64,000 nucleotides of DNA from the NCBI GenBank assembly GCA_016792625.1, contig JAEUKK010000159.1, positions 12,875-76,874 of the forward strand, in the 5' to 3' direction. The notes beneath the pieces were generated by a model. It saw nothing but the letters and a program-made list of their open reading frames with translations. It searched no databases and was not told where the DNA came from. Shown here in pieces: positions 45,021 to 53,740 of the stretch (its first letter is position 1; every line of letters starts with the position of its first letter). Source of the DNA: Deltaproteobacteria bacterium (lineage in GTDB: Bacteria; Myxococcota_A; UBA796; UBA2385). A program made the translations under genes and the position numbers.

Positions 45021-47303
45021 ATGAGCGGCGCAGATCAGCGGGCGGGCGGCGCAGGGCCGACGGCGGTCGAGGGGGCGGCGGGCGCGGCCGCCGTCGACCC
45101 CTTCGCGGCGGCCGAGGCCGGGCTGCGGGCGGCGCCGGGCAGCGCCGAGGCGCGGGCCAATTTGGCGTCCTGGCGGGCGCTCTGCGCGGCCCACCCCCAG
45201 CGGGCCCGGGCCTGGCGCGGCCTCGGCCAAGCGATGGAGCTGCAGGGCGCCTGGCCAGCGGCGCGGGCGGCCCACCAGCGGGCGCGCGCCCTCGATCCGG
45301 GCGACCGGGCGGCCCAGCTCGGCGAGGCCCGCTGCCTGCGCGGGGCCGGCGACGCGGCGGGGGCGGCGCGCCTGCTCGCGGCCCTGCTCGCCGAGGCGCC
45401 GGGCGACTTCGACGGCCAGCTGCTCGCCGCCGACTGGGCCCGCGCGGCGGGGGATCGGGCGGCTGAGCGGGCGGCGCTCGGGGCGGCGCTGGCGGCGCGC
45501 CCGGGGGCGCCGGTGGTGGCCCGCCGGGCGATGACCCTGGCCCTGCAGGCCAAAGATCCGCTGGTGGCGGCCAAGATCGGGCGCGCGGCGGTGGCCCTGG
45601 TGCCGACCGATCCGGCGCTCTGGCAGCTCGTGGGCGAGGCCCTGCGGCAGGCCGGCGCCCCGCGCGAGGCCGAAGACGCGCTGCTGACCGCGGTGCGCCT
45701 GCAGCCGACCTTGGCCGCCGCCTGGGACGCGCTCGGCCTCTGCCGGCGGGCGCGGGGCGACCTGCCCGGCGCGCTGGCCGCCCACCAGCGGGCCCTGGCG
45801 CTGGCCCCCGAGACGGCGGGCCTGCGGGCGCGGGTCGCCGGCTGCATGCTGCTGCTCGATCATGTCGAAGAGGCGGTGGTGCTGCTGCGGGCGGCGCTCG
45901 CCCGGGGAGAGCCGATGGCCGAGCTGGCCAGCCTGCTGCTGCAGCCGACCCGGATGGTCGCCGACTGGGGCCAGCTCGACGCGCTTCGCAAGGCGGCCTC
46001 GGCCAAGGTCGACGAGGCCCTGCGCTGCCGACGCCGGCCGCCCCTGCTGCCCATCCACGAGATCAGCAGCTTTGACGACCCACAGCGCAACCTCGCCGTG
46101 GCCCGCGCCCACTGCCCGCCGGCCCGGGGCGCCCGGCCGCGCGCGGTGGCCGCCACGGGGCCGCTGCGGCTGCTCTTCCACAGCCACGACCTGCGCAACC
46201 ACCCGATCGGCCACCTGACCGCGGGTTTTTTTGGGCGCATCGACCGGGCGCGCTTTGAGGTGGCGATGCTCTCGACCGGCCCCGACGACGGCAGCGCCTA
46301 CCGGGCGCAGATCGCCGCGGGGGTCGACCGCTGGATCGAAGGGGCGGGCCTCAGCGAAAATGCCCTCGCTGAGGCCGTACGCGCCGAGGCCCCCCACCTG
46401 TTCATCGACATGATGGGCCACACCACCGGGCACCGGCTCGGCCTCTTCGCCCGCCGCCTCGCCCCCCTGCAGCTCAGCTACCTCGGCTACCCCGGCAGCA
46501 CGGGGGCCGACTTCTTCGACGGGATCATCGTCGATCACGTGATCGGCGCCGATCCGAGCCAGTTCTCTGAGCCTGTGCTCTGCCTTGAGGGCGCCTATCA
46601 GCCCACCGACGGCGACCAGCCCAAGGCCGCGGCGACCGACCGCCGCGCCGACCACGGGCTGCCCGAAGAGGGCCTCGTGCTGTGCAGCTTCAACCAGCTG
46701 TTCAAGCTCGACCCCGAGGCCTTTGACCTGTGGATGGGCCTGCTCGTCGCGCTGCCCGGCGCGGTGCTCTGGCTGCTCGACTACGGCCCCCAAGCCCGCC
46801 GGCGGCTCTGCGCGGCGGCCGAGGCCCGCGGGGTGGCCGCCGAGCGCCTGGTCTTCGCCCCCTTCGCCGCCCGCCCCGCGCACCTCAACCGGCTCTGTCA
46901 CGCCGATCTGGCGCTGGACCCACTGGTCTACGGCGGGCATACGACCACCAGCGACGCGCTCTGGGCGGGGGTGCCGGTGGTCACCGTGCGCGGGCGGCAC
47001 TTCGCCAGCCGCGTCTGCTGGAGCCTGCTCGCGCACGCCGGTCTGGGCCACCTCGCCTTCCCCGACGCTGCGGCCCTGCGCGGCGCCGTGCTCGCCTGGG
47101 GTTCCGATCCAGCGCTGCGGGCCCAGTGGCGGGCCGCCGCGGGGGCGGTCGCGGCCACGCCCGGCGGCCTCTTTGACACCGACCAATTCACCCGGCGCTT
47201 CGAGCGCGCGCTGCTGCGCCGCTGGGCCGAGCGGGTGGCCGAAGACGCCGGCGCGCCGCCGGGGGCGACGGGCCCCGGGCCGGGCGATTCCCGCCCAGGT
47301 TGA
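45021..47303 (+). CDS. TPR + GT41 O-GlcNAc-transferase-like glycosyltransferase
   Basis: TPRs; SHDLRNHPIGHL, IDMMGHT, RLAPLQLSYLGYPGSTG, CSFNQLFKL, GGHTTTSDALWAGVPVVT, FASRV. Confidence 0.92.
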   Translation: MSGADQRAGGAGPTAVEGAAGAAAVDPFAAAEAGLRAAPGSAEARANLASWRALCAAHPQRARAWRGLGQAMELQGAWPAARAAHQRARALDPGDRAAQLGEARCLRGAGDAAGAARLLAALLAEAPGDFDGQLLAADWARAAGDRAAERAALGAALAARPGAPVVARRAMTLALQAKDPLVAAKIGRAAVALVPTDPALWQLVGEALRQAGAPREAEDALLTAVRLQPTLAAAWDALGLCRRARGDLPGALAAHQRALALAPETAGLRARVAGCMLLLDHVEEAVVLLRAALARGEPMAELASLLLQPTRMVADWGQLDALRKAASAKVDEALRCRRRPPLLPIHEISSFDDPQRNLAVARAHCPPARGARPRAVAATGPLRLLFHSHDLRNHPIGHLTAGFFGRIDRARFEVAMLSTGPDDGSAYRAQIAAGVDRWIEGAGLSENALAEAVRAEAPHLFIDMMGHTTGHRLGLFARRLAPLQLSYLGYPGSTGADFFDGIIVDHVIGADPSQFSEPVLCLEGAYQPTDGDQPKAAATDRRADHGLPEEGLVLCSFNQLFKLDPEAFDLWMGLLVALPGAVLWLLDYGPQARRRLCAAAEARGVAAERLVFAPFAARPAHLNRLCHADLALDPLVYGGHTTTSDALWAGVPVVTVRGRHFASRVCWSLLAHAGLGHLAFPDAAALRGAVLAWGSDPALRAQWRAAAGAVAATPGGLFDTDQFTRRFERALLRRWAERVAEDAGAPPGATGPGPGDSRPG

Positions 47304-47311
47304 GGTGAACC

Positions 47312-47932
47312 ATGACCGGTGGCCGCCGCCGCGCGCTCCGCTACGCCGACTACCTCGAGGCCGAAGCAGCCAGCCCCGAGCGCCACGCGCTGCACGACGG
47401 CGTCGTCTACGCCATGACCGGCGGCTCGACCGCCCACGCCGTGCTCACCGCCGAGCTGCTGCGGCTGCTCGGCAACGCGCTCGCGGCCAGCCCCTGCTTC
47501 GCCGCCAGCGGCGACCAGCGGCTCTTTATCGACGAAGACAACGCCACCTACGCCGACGCGGTGGTGCTCTGCCCGCCGCTGCGCCGCCCCCCGCAGGACC
47601 CGCACGCGATCTGCAACCCGACGGTCATCGTCGAGGTGCTCTCGCCCTCGACCGCGGCCTGGGACCGCGGCGGCAAGTTCGACCTCTACGCGCAGCTGCC
47701 CGGCCTGCGCACCGTGCTGTTCATCGAGCAAGACCAGTGGCGGGTCGAGCAGCGGGACCGCCTCGACGCCGGCGGCTGGCGCCTGCAGGCCCACGGCCCG
47801 GGCGGGGTGGTGCGGCTCGACCAGCCGGCCCTCACGCTGGAGGTCGACGCGCTCTACCAGCGGGTCGAGGCGGCGGGGGGCCCGGGGCGGGGGCAGGCGC
47901 CACGCCCGGCCCCGCGGCGCAGGGGGCGGTGA
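47312..47932 (+). CDS. Uma2-family (DUF820) restriction-endonuclease-like protein
   Basis: DGVVYAMTGGSTAH, YADAVVLC, NPTVIVEVLSPST..DRGGKF..Y. Confidence 0.9.
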   Translation: MTGGRRRALRYADYLEAEAASPERHALHDGVVYAMTGGSTAHAVLTAELLRLLGNALAASPCFAASGDQRLFIDEDNATYADAVVLCPPLRRPPQDPHAICNPTVIVEVLSPSTAAWDRGGKFDLYAQLPGLRTVLFIEQDQWRVEQRDRLDAGGWRLQAHGPGGVVRLDQPALTLEVDALYQRVEAAGGPGRGQAPRPAPRRRGR

Positions 47933-47995
47933 AGGCGCGGGGATGCGCGCGCCGCGACAGGTCATGACCCGGCCGCGGGGACGCACCGGTGTTCT

Positions 47996-49288
47996 ATGGG
48001 TGTAGAACACCGCATGCACAAGCCCACCCTGCTCCGCCGCGCGCGCCCCGGCGCGCCCCTCGCACCCACCGACGCCGAGGCGCAGGCGCCGGCCGCCGCG
48101 CCGCTGGTCGCGCTGCCGCCCCTGCGCGCACCGCTCGAGGCCCCGCGTTTTTCGGCGGCCGTGGCCACCGGCGCACGCCTCATTTTGCAGAGCCGCGCCC
48201 TGCTGTTCCTCATGCTGGCCGTCGCGGCCCTGGTCGCGGTGGCTGCGGCCCAGCTGCCGGGCAGCTTCCCGGCGGCGGTGGGGCGGGCGGTGCTGGGCAT
48301 CACGCTCGGCCTCTTCGCCGCGCTGCGGGGGATCGACGGCCGCAGCCGCCACGCGGCCTTTTGGGTGGGCATGGGCCTCTCTCCGACCGGGCTTGAGCTC
48401 GGGGCGGTCGGCCTCGATCTGGGGGCGATGGCCCTGGCCTGGGGCCTGCCAGGCCTGCTCGGCGTCGATGTGATGGGCGCCCCGGCCCTCTGGGGCGGCC
48501 TGGGCCTGCTGGTCTATGGCGTCGCGGCGGGCACCCGGTCTTCGGCGCCGTCTGAGGCCCTGCGCCTGCCGCGCATGCTCGGGGTCACCCTCGGCGCGGT
48601 CGGCGCGGCGGTGGTGACCGACCTCACCGGCCTCGGCACGACCGATGCGGTGCTGCAGTGGGTGTTCGGCCTCACCGCGCTCAGCGGCCTGCTGCTGCGC
48701 CTGGGCCTCGCCCACCGCTGCCCCGCATCCGCCGCCGGTCGCGGTCGGGCGCGCCCCACCTACCTGATCAGCGCCCTCGCCGGCCTGCTCGCGGTGCCCA
48801 TCCTCGGCGCCCAGCAGCCCGGCGACCTCGAGGCGCGCAGCGGCGTGCAGCAGCTGGGCACCCTCTACGTGCCCGGCGGGGGCAGCGGCGCCTCGGGCGC
48901 GCTGTGGTGGGCGGCGCCGGGCGAGGCTCCGCGCCGGCTGCCCATGCGGGGGGGCTTCCCCGCGGTCGATGAGCACCCCTCGGGCCTGGTGAGCTGGCGG
49001 CGGGTCGACCCCGTGCACCACAGCGCGCCCCTCCTCGCCCACGCGCTGGGCAGCAAGGTCGGCGCCGCCGAGCTCTGGGCGCAGCGCGAGGCGGCGAGCG
49101 TCGACGGCGTGCGCCTCGCCGACGGGCAGATCGTCGAGTGCCCCGGGCGGGCCTGGGGCCCCGACCAGCGACCCCATTGGGTCTCTGACGACGGCCTGCA
49201 GGCCGAGGCCCTCGACGCGAGCGGCCAGCGCTGGCACCTCGACGCGGATGGCTGCCGGCCGGTCGACGCGGCCGCGGTGCGCCGATGA
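47996..49288 (+). CDS. Multi-pass membrane protein, probable ABC permease partner
   Basis: Several hydrophobic segments then a soluble C-terminal region; ATGA-coupled to the ABC ATPase. Alternative start 48014. Confidence 0.6.
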   Translation: MGVEHRMHKPTLLRRARPGAPLAPTDAEAQAPAAAPLVALPPLRAPLEAPRFSAAVATGARLILQSRALLFLMLAVAALVAVAAAQLPGSFPAAVGRAVLGITLGLFAALRGIDGRSRHAAFWVGMGLSPTGLELGAVGLDLGAMALAWGLPGLLGVDVMGAPALWGGLGLLVYGVAAGTRSSAPSEALRLPRMLGVTLGAVGAAVVTDLTGLGTTDAVLQWVFGLTALSGLLLRLGLAHRCPASAAGRGRARPTYLISALAGLLAVPILGAQQPGDLEARSGVQQLGTLYVPGGGSGASGALWWAAPGEAPRRLPMRGGFPAVDEHPSGLVSWRRVDPVHHSAPLLAHALGSKVGAAELWAQREAASVDGVRLADGQIVECPGRAWGPDQRPHWVSDDGLQAEALDASGQRWHLDADGCRPVDAAAVRR

Positions 49289-50094
49289 GCGCCATCGAGG
49301 TCGAGGGTCTGTCGCTGGGCCGGTCGCTGCGGGGGGTCTCTTTCCACCTGCCGGCGGGCAGCTGCTCGGCGGTGATCGGGGCCAACGGCGCCGGAAAAAG
49401 CACCCTGCTCGGCCTGCTCGCCGGCGCGCTCCGCCCCGACACCGGCCGCGCCCGCTGCGGCGGCCCGGTGGCCTACCTGCCCGAGGGCCTGGGCCTCGAC
49501 GGCCTGCTGCGGGTCGAGGCCGCGGTCGCCCTGCTCTCGGGCCTGCCCGGCTGGGAGCCCGCCGTCGGCGGCGCCCTGCTCGAGCGCTTCGGCCTCGACC
49601 CCAAGGCCCGGATCGGCGCGCTGTCGATGGGCCAGCGCACCCGCCTCGGCGTGGCCCTGACGCTCGGCCGCCGCGCCCGCACCTACCTGCTCGACGACCC
49701 CTTCCTCGGCCTCGACCCGATGGCCCAGGTCATCGTCGAGCGCGCCATCTCGGAGCGGGCGGCCGAGGCCACAGTGCTGCTCGGCTGCCAGCACGCCGCG
49801 GCCGCCGAGCGCCTCTGCGACCACCTGCTGCTGCTGCGCGCCGGCGCCCTGCTCTGGTGCGCCCCGGTCGACGCGTGGCGCGCGCGCTACCGCCGCCTGC
49901 GGGTGAGCGGCCCGGTCGACGTGCAGGCGGCGCTCGGCGCCCTGGTGGTGCACCTCGAGCCCCAGGGCGGCGGCACGGTCGTGCTGGTCGACGATCCGGC
50001 AGGCATGGCCGAGCGCCAGCTGCGGGTGGCCGGGGCCCGGGTCGACGAGCAGGCCCTGCCGCTTGACGAGCTGCTGCTCTGGGTGTCGGCATGA
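49285..50094 (+). CDS. ABC transporter ATP-binding protein (YtrB-like)
   Basis: GANGAGKST, LSMGQ, LLDDPFLGLDP (Walker B Glu replaced by Asp). Confidence 0.85.
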   Translation: MSAIEVEGLSLGRSLRGVSFHLPAGSCSAVIGANGAGKSTLLGLLAGALRPDTGRARCGGPVAYLPEGLGLDGLLRVEAAVALLSGLPGWEPAVGGALLERFGLDPKARIGALSMGQRTRLGVALTLGRRARTYLLDDPFLGLDPMAQVIVERAISERAAEATVLLGCQHAAAAERLCDHLLLLRAGALLWCAPVDAWRARYRRLRVSGPVDVQAALGALVVHLEPQGGGTVVLVDDPAGMAERQLRVAGARVDEQALPLDELLLWVSA

Positions 50095-50462
50095 GGCCGC
50101 TCGACCCCGCCTCAGGCCTGCCGCTCTACCTGCAGGTCGCCCGCAGCCTGCAAGAGGACATCGCCGCGGGCAGCTACGCCGAAGGCGACGCCGTGCCCTC
50201 GCTGCGCGACACCGCCGCGGCCCTGCGTGTGAACGTGCACACGGTCGCCAAAGCCTACCAGCTGCTCGAGCGCGACGGGGTGCTCGAGCGCCAGCGGGGC
50301 GACACCTACCGGGTGGCCGCCGCGGCCCAGGCCGCCGCCGAGCTGCTCGCCGCCGACATCGACCAGCTCATCGATCGCGCGGCGGGCATGGGGGTGTCGG
50401 CGGATGTGCTCATCGAGATGATCGAGCGGGCGGTGGAGCGGCAGGCGGTGCGGCGGGCTTGA
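50091..50462 (+). CDS. GntR-family regulator (YtrA subfamily)
   Basis: PLYLQV, PSLRDTAAALRVNVHTVAKAYQLLERDG; short C-terminus. Confidence 0.9.
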   Translation: MRPLDPASGLPLYLQVARSLQEDIAAGSYAEGDAVPSLRDTAAALRVNVHTVAKAYQLLERDGVLERQRGDTYRVAAAAQAAAELLAADIDQLIDRAAGMGVSADVLIEMIERAVERQAVRRA

Positions 50463-50545
50463 GGGGGAGGGTGGCGGGCTGACGGCGGGGAGGGGCGGGC
50501 CGGAGGAGGGCGGGCCGCGCCCGGCCGCGGGGCAGTACCCACCTT

Positions 50546-50672
50546 CGCCTCGCGCGCGCCAGCCCGACCGGAGGGCCGCCGCAGGCGGGTCGACCGGGCC
50601 CCGCCCGGGCGACCGAGGCCGACCGGCCGAGCCCGGAGGGGGGGCGCCGACCGCCGGCAGGCGGGCGGGGCG
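50546..50672 (-). repeat. Dispersed hairpin-rich repeat, copy B
   Basis: Minus strand cgccccgcccgcctgccggcggtcggcgcccc...ggcggccctccggtcgggctggcgcgcgcgaggcg. Confidence 0.7.
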
Positions 50673-50757
50673 CCCAGAGGGGGAGCTCAGGCGTTCTAAG
50701 TCTCGATACCACAACGGGACAGCGAGGGTCGCGGCGCTGCCCCGCCGAACCCACAGC

Positions 50758-51126
50758 TCAGCCGTCGACGGTGGCGGGGCGGATGGGATCGCTGATGCGC
50801 TCGTCCATGCCGAAGTAGACCATGTCAGCGACTTGCAGCTCGAACACGGTGTCACCGGCGCGCTCCAGCTCGCGCGCCAGCAGCTCGCAGCGCTCGCGCT
50901 GCTCGCCCTTGGCCTGCAGCCGCTTGCGGATGCGCGTGAGGTCCTCGCCCCGGCCCGAGTAGGCCGCGCCCGCCTCGCAGGCCGCGAGGGCCTGCTCAAT
51001 GCCGCGCTCCTCGTCGAGCAGGGTGGTCGCCTTGGCGCGGGCCTTGGGCGCCAGCTCTGCGCCCGTGTAGCAGAACACCCATTCGTCGCGGTTGCCGCGC
51101 TCTTCGTCGAGGTAGTGAAAAGCCAT
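50758..51126 (-). CDS. Hypothetical protein (122 aa)
   Basis: GAGGG RBS; host-like codons; helical charged sequence. Confidence 0.72.
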   Translation of the reverse strand: MAFHYLDEERGNRDEWVFCYTGAELAPKARAKATTLLDEERGIEQALAACEAGAAYSGRGEDLTRIRKRLQAKGEQRERCELLARELERAGDTVFELQVADMVYFGMDERISDPIRPATVDG

Positions 51127-51223
51127 CGTCAGCACCCTCTTGCGTCGGCCCGCGGTGGGGCCCTGCCTGCGGGGAGCGCAGCGACATCACGGCGCTCCCT
51201 CCGCGCTGGCTATCGCGCCCCGC

Positions 51224-51829
51224 TCAGGCCGAGGCCGCCGGCGCCCCGTCCATCCCTTTGAGCCGGGCGACCTCATCTTTGGCCAGCACCACCGGCGGCA
51301 CGACCGGCGCCCCGGCCCCATCAAAGAGCGGGCTCTGGCGCCAGGCGCCGCTGAGCCGCGCGCCGCCGATGATCACCGTGCCGCGCACCATCGTCATGAA
51401 CAGGCCGCTGCCCGCCGGCTTGGGCGCGCCCAGCGCGGTGTCGGTGTTGACCTGGGCGACCGCGGCCCCGAAGTCGGCGTCGAGGCGGCCGCGGTCGAGC
51501 GCGAGCTCATTGAGGCCGATGAAGCTGATCTTGGGGTCGGCCAGCGTGCTGCCCACTGGGGTGCCGCAGCAGCGCGTGTGCCACCGCAGCATGCCCCGCG
51601 GGCTCAGGCGCAGCGCCGCGAGCTGCTCTTGCCCGGCGGTGAAGCGCAGGCGCGCCTGGGCCACGTGCACGAGCCCCACGCCGCCCTGGGCGTCGAGTCC
51701 CGCCTCGCCCTGGCCGAGGTGGCGCACAAAGGCGCGGCAGTCGGTGCAAAAGCAGCGCACGCGGTTGCTGGTGCCGTCGGGCGTGACCGCGCCGCGCAGG
51801 GCGCCGCAGCGGCATTGGATGGGGTGCAT
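51224..51829 (-). CDS. DUF6151 / GFA-like Cys-rich protein
   Basis: IQCRCGALRG, RVRCFCTDCRAF, LRLSPRGMLRWHTRCCGTP, SPLF. Confidence 0.85.
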   Translation of the reverse strand: MHPIQCRCGALRGAVTPDGTSNRVRCFCTDCRAFVRHLGQGEAGLDAQGGVGLVHVAQARLRFTAGQEQLAALRLSPRGMLRWHTRCCGTPVGSTLADPKISFIGLNELALDRGRLDADFGAAVAQVNTDTALGAPKPAGSGLFMTMVRGTVIIGGARLSGAWRQSPLFDGAGAPVVPPVVLAKDEVARLKGMDGAPAASA

Positions 51830-52738
51830 GGGAGGGGCCTGGGTGAGGTTGGTGGAGTGGAGGGGGTTTTGGAGGGGTGGCGGGTAATCGGGCGGGAGGA
51901 GGGGGGCCAGGGGGAGGGCGCGGCCACTCCGCACATTCACGACTATTTCTTTGTAATCATGGAAATCGATGGGGCGCCCGTGTGGGCGCGCACACCACCA
52001 TCGCAGACCCGCGGCGGAAGAGGGTCGATCAACCACCCTTGACAATTCCCTGACATTCGCGCACCCCTGAACCTCAGGCACACCGAGCACGACCACCGAG
52101 ATTGGCCCTGCAGTGCACATTCTCAGCTCCGCCGCACCACAACGGGCCGTCGGTTCGCGCCGCGCCAACACCCTGGGGACAGCATGGGGACGCCGTTTTC
52201 GGCGCACAGGTCCCGCGCACCCTCGCTGTGGATCAGGCGGGCGGGCGAGGGCGCGCACCAGCACGGCACCCTCACCGGCCCATCGCACGGTGGGCGCCAG
52301 AGACCTGGTCGGCGGGGCCCGGCGTGGGCGACATCGTATACCCGTCCCCATGGGGACACTCACCATTTGGCTATACATTCCCCCCCTGATGCGAGGGGCT
52401 TGCGCGTCGGCACCGCCCGTGGCCTCATCCGTGTACCAACGGATGGTCCGAGGCGCCGCGGGCGACCTGCGCGGACCAACCCGTCGCCGTGCTGCCCCCC
52501 GTCCTTGGAGGTCCGTGTGCTCGTGTGCTCTCACCTCTCCGGGTGCGGACAGCTGGCCCTTGCCGCCGCGGTGATCAGGCCGGCGCTGCAGCAGCTGGGC
52601 GGCGCGGTCGCGCTGGTGTGGGGAGCGGTGGGTGGCGGGTGGGGGTGAGTGGGGTGTTGGGTTAGGGTTGGGTGAACACAACAACGTAGAACAGTAACGA
52701 AGCTATGAAGAGCGCCACGAGCGTCTCGAGGTGAAACC

Positions 52739-53491
52739 ATGGTTGGATTGCTCGCTCCATTGATTCTCGTCATCGCGCCGTCGGTGGCCCTCGCACAGTC
52801 CGACAACGCCACCGACGGCAAGAAGTGGTCGTCTCGTGCTCCCGGTTTCGGGACCAACGACTGGTGTGCTGACGCCATGACCGTTTGTTGGAAGGCCAAC
52901 CCAGAAACGGTAGCGAAAGACGACGAAGGGGCGCCGAATGCCTTCACAGGTATGCGTTTTTTGGTCGAGGCGCGGTCGAGCTACTACGTAGACTTTGGGC
53001 GACAAGGCTTCGAGACGGACCTTGGGAAACTCGAGCCCGCCTTAGGTTTGGAGGTAAACCTCTGGCGTGCCTGGATTTCAATGCAGGCATTGTACTTCGC
53101 GCCGAGCGAAGTGACGTTTACACCGAGCAAGTTTGCGAAGCGGAAGCTGCTCCCCAACGCCCCCCAGGACAGTTCATCGGACGCGACGGTGGTAGCCGAC
53201 CCGAAGTATGACGTCTTCACAAACGGGTCGGTGGCGCTGGGCCTCGGGTTTTTCGACGGATGGATTGCTGCAGGGGTGCAGATTACTGGGATACCTCACT
53301 CCGAGTTCGTGAACGGGAGGGGCACCTGGGAACAGCGCACCGAGGGCGGCCTGTATATTGCGATTTCGCCCACCAGCGCGATTCGGTCGGGGATGAAGAA
53401 AAAGAAGGGCGAGGTGAAGGCGGATACGACTCCGGACGCGCCTGAAGACCGTACGCCGGACACCGATACCCCGCCGCCAACGGAACCCTGA
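52739..53491 (+). CDS. Exported hypothetical protein with atypical (lower-GC) codon usage
   Basis: GAGGTG RBS; signal peptide ending ALA; beta-strand-like core; many A/T-ending codons, unlike its neighbours. Confidence 0.72.
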   Translation: MVGLLAPLILVIAPSVALAQSDNATDGKKWSSRAPGFGTNDWCADAMTVCWKANPETVAKDDEGAPNAFTGMRFLVEARSSYYVDFGRQGFETDLGKLEPALGLEVNLWRAWISMQALYFAPSEVTFTPSKFAKRKLLPNAPQDSSSDATVVADPKYDVFTNGSVALGLGFFDGWIAAGVQITGIPHSEFVNGRGTWEQRTEGGLYIAISPTSAIRSGMKKKKGEVKADTTPDAPEDRTPDTDTPPPTEP

Positions 53492-53740
53492 CCCGTGGGT
53501 TCGGGGCCCAACGGAACCTGAGACTTAGGGATACCGAAGTCGGCACGTGCAATTTGAGCAGCGGTTGCTGTCGCCGACTGCGGCCCCTACGTCTATGTCT
53601 ACACCGACCGCCAGATGGCCAACCTCGACGCCACGTCCGCGCCATCGGCATCGAGGTCGAGAGCTGGTAGCGGGCCGCCTCCCCCACTTGCACCTCCCGC
53701 CCGCCCGCGCGAGGCTCCCCCATCCCGGCGGAGCCTCCCC

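Noticed and set aside
47312-47932. Uma2 as part of a restriction or defence system
   Set aside because: No methylase or other defence gene adjacent; solitary Uma2 genes are common.
50690-50760. Integron attC site after the orphan gene
   Set aside because: No RYYYAAC/GTTRRRY pair around the hairpin, no array and no integrase.
51830-52684. 285-aa upstream extension of the DUF6151 ORF
   Set aside because: No host codon bias or recognisable domain; the family-like sequence starts at ATG 51829.
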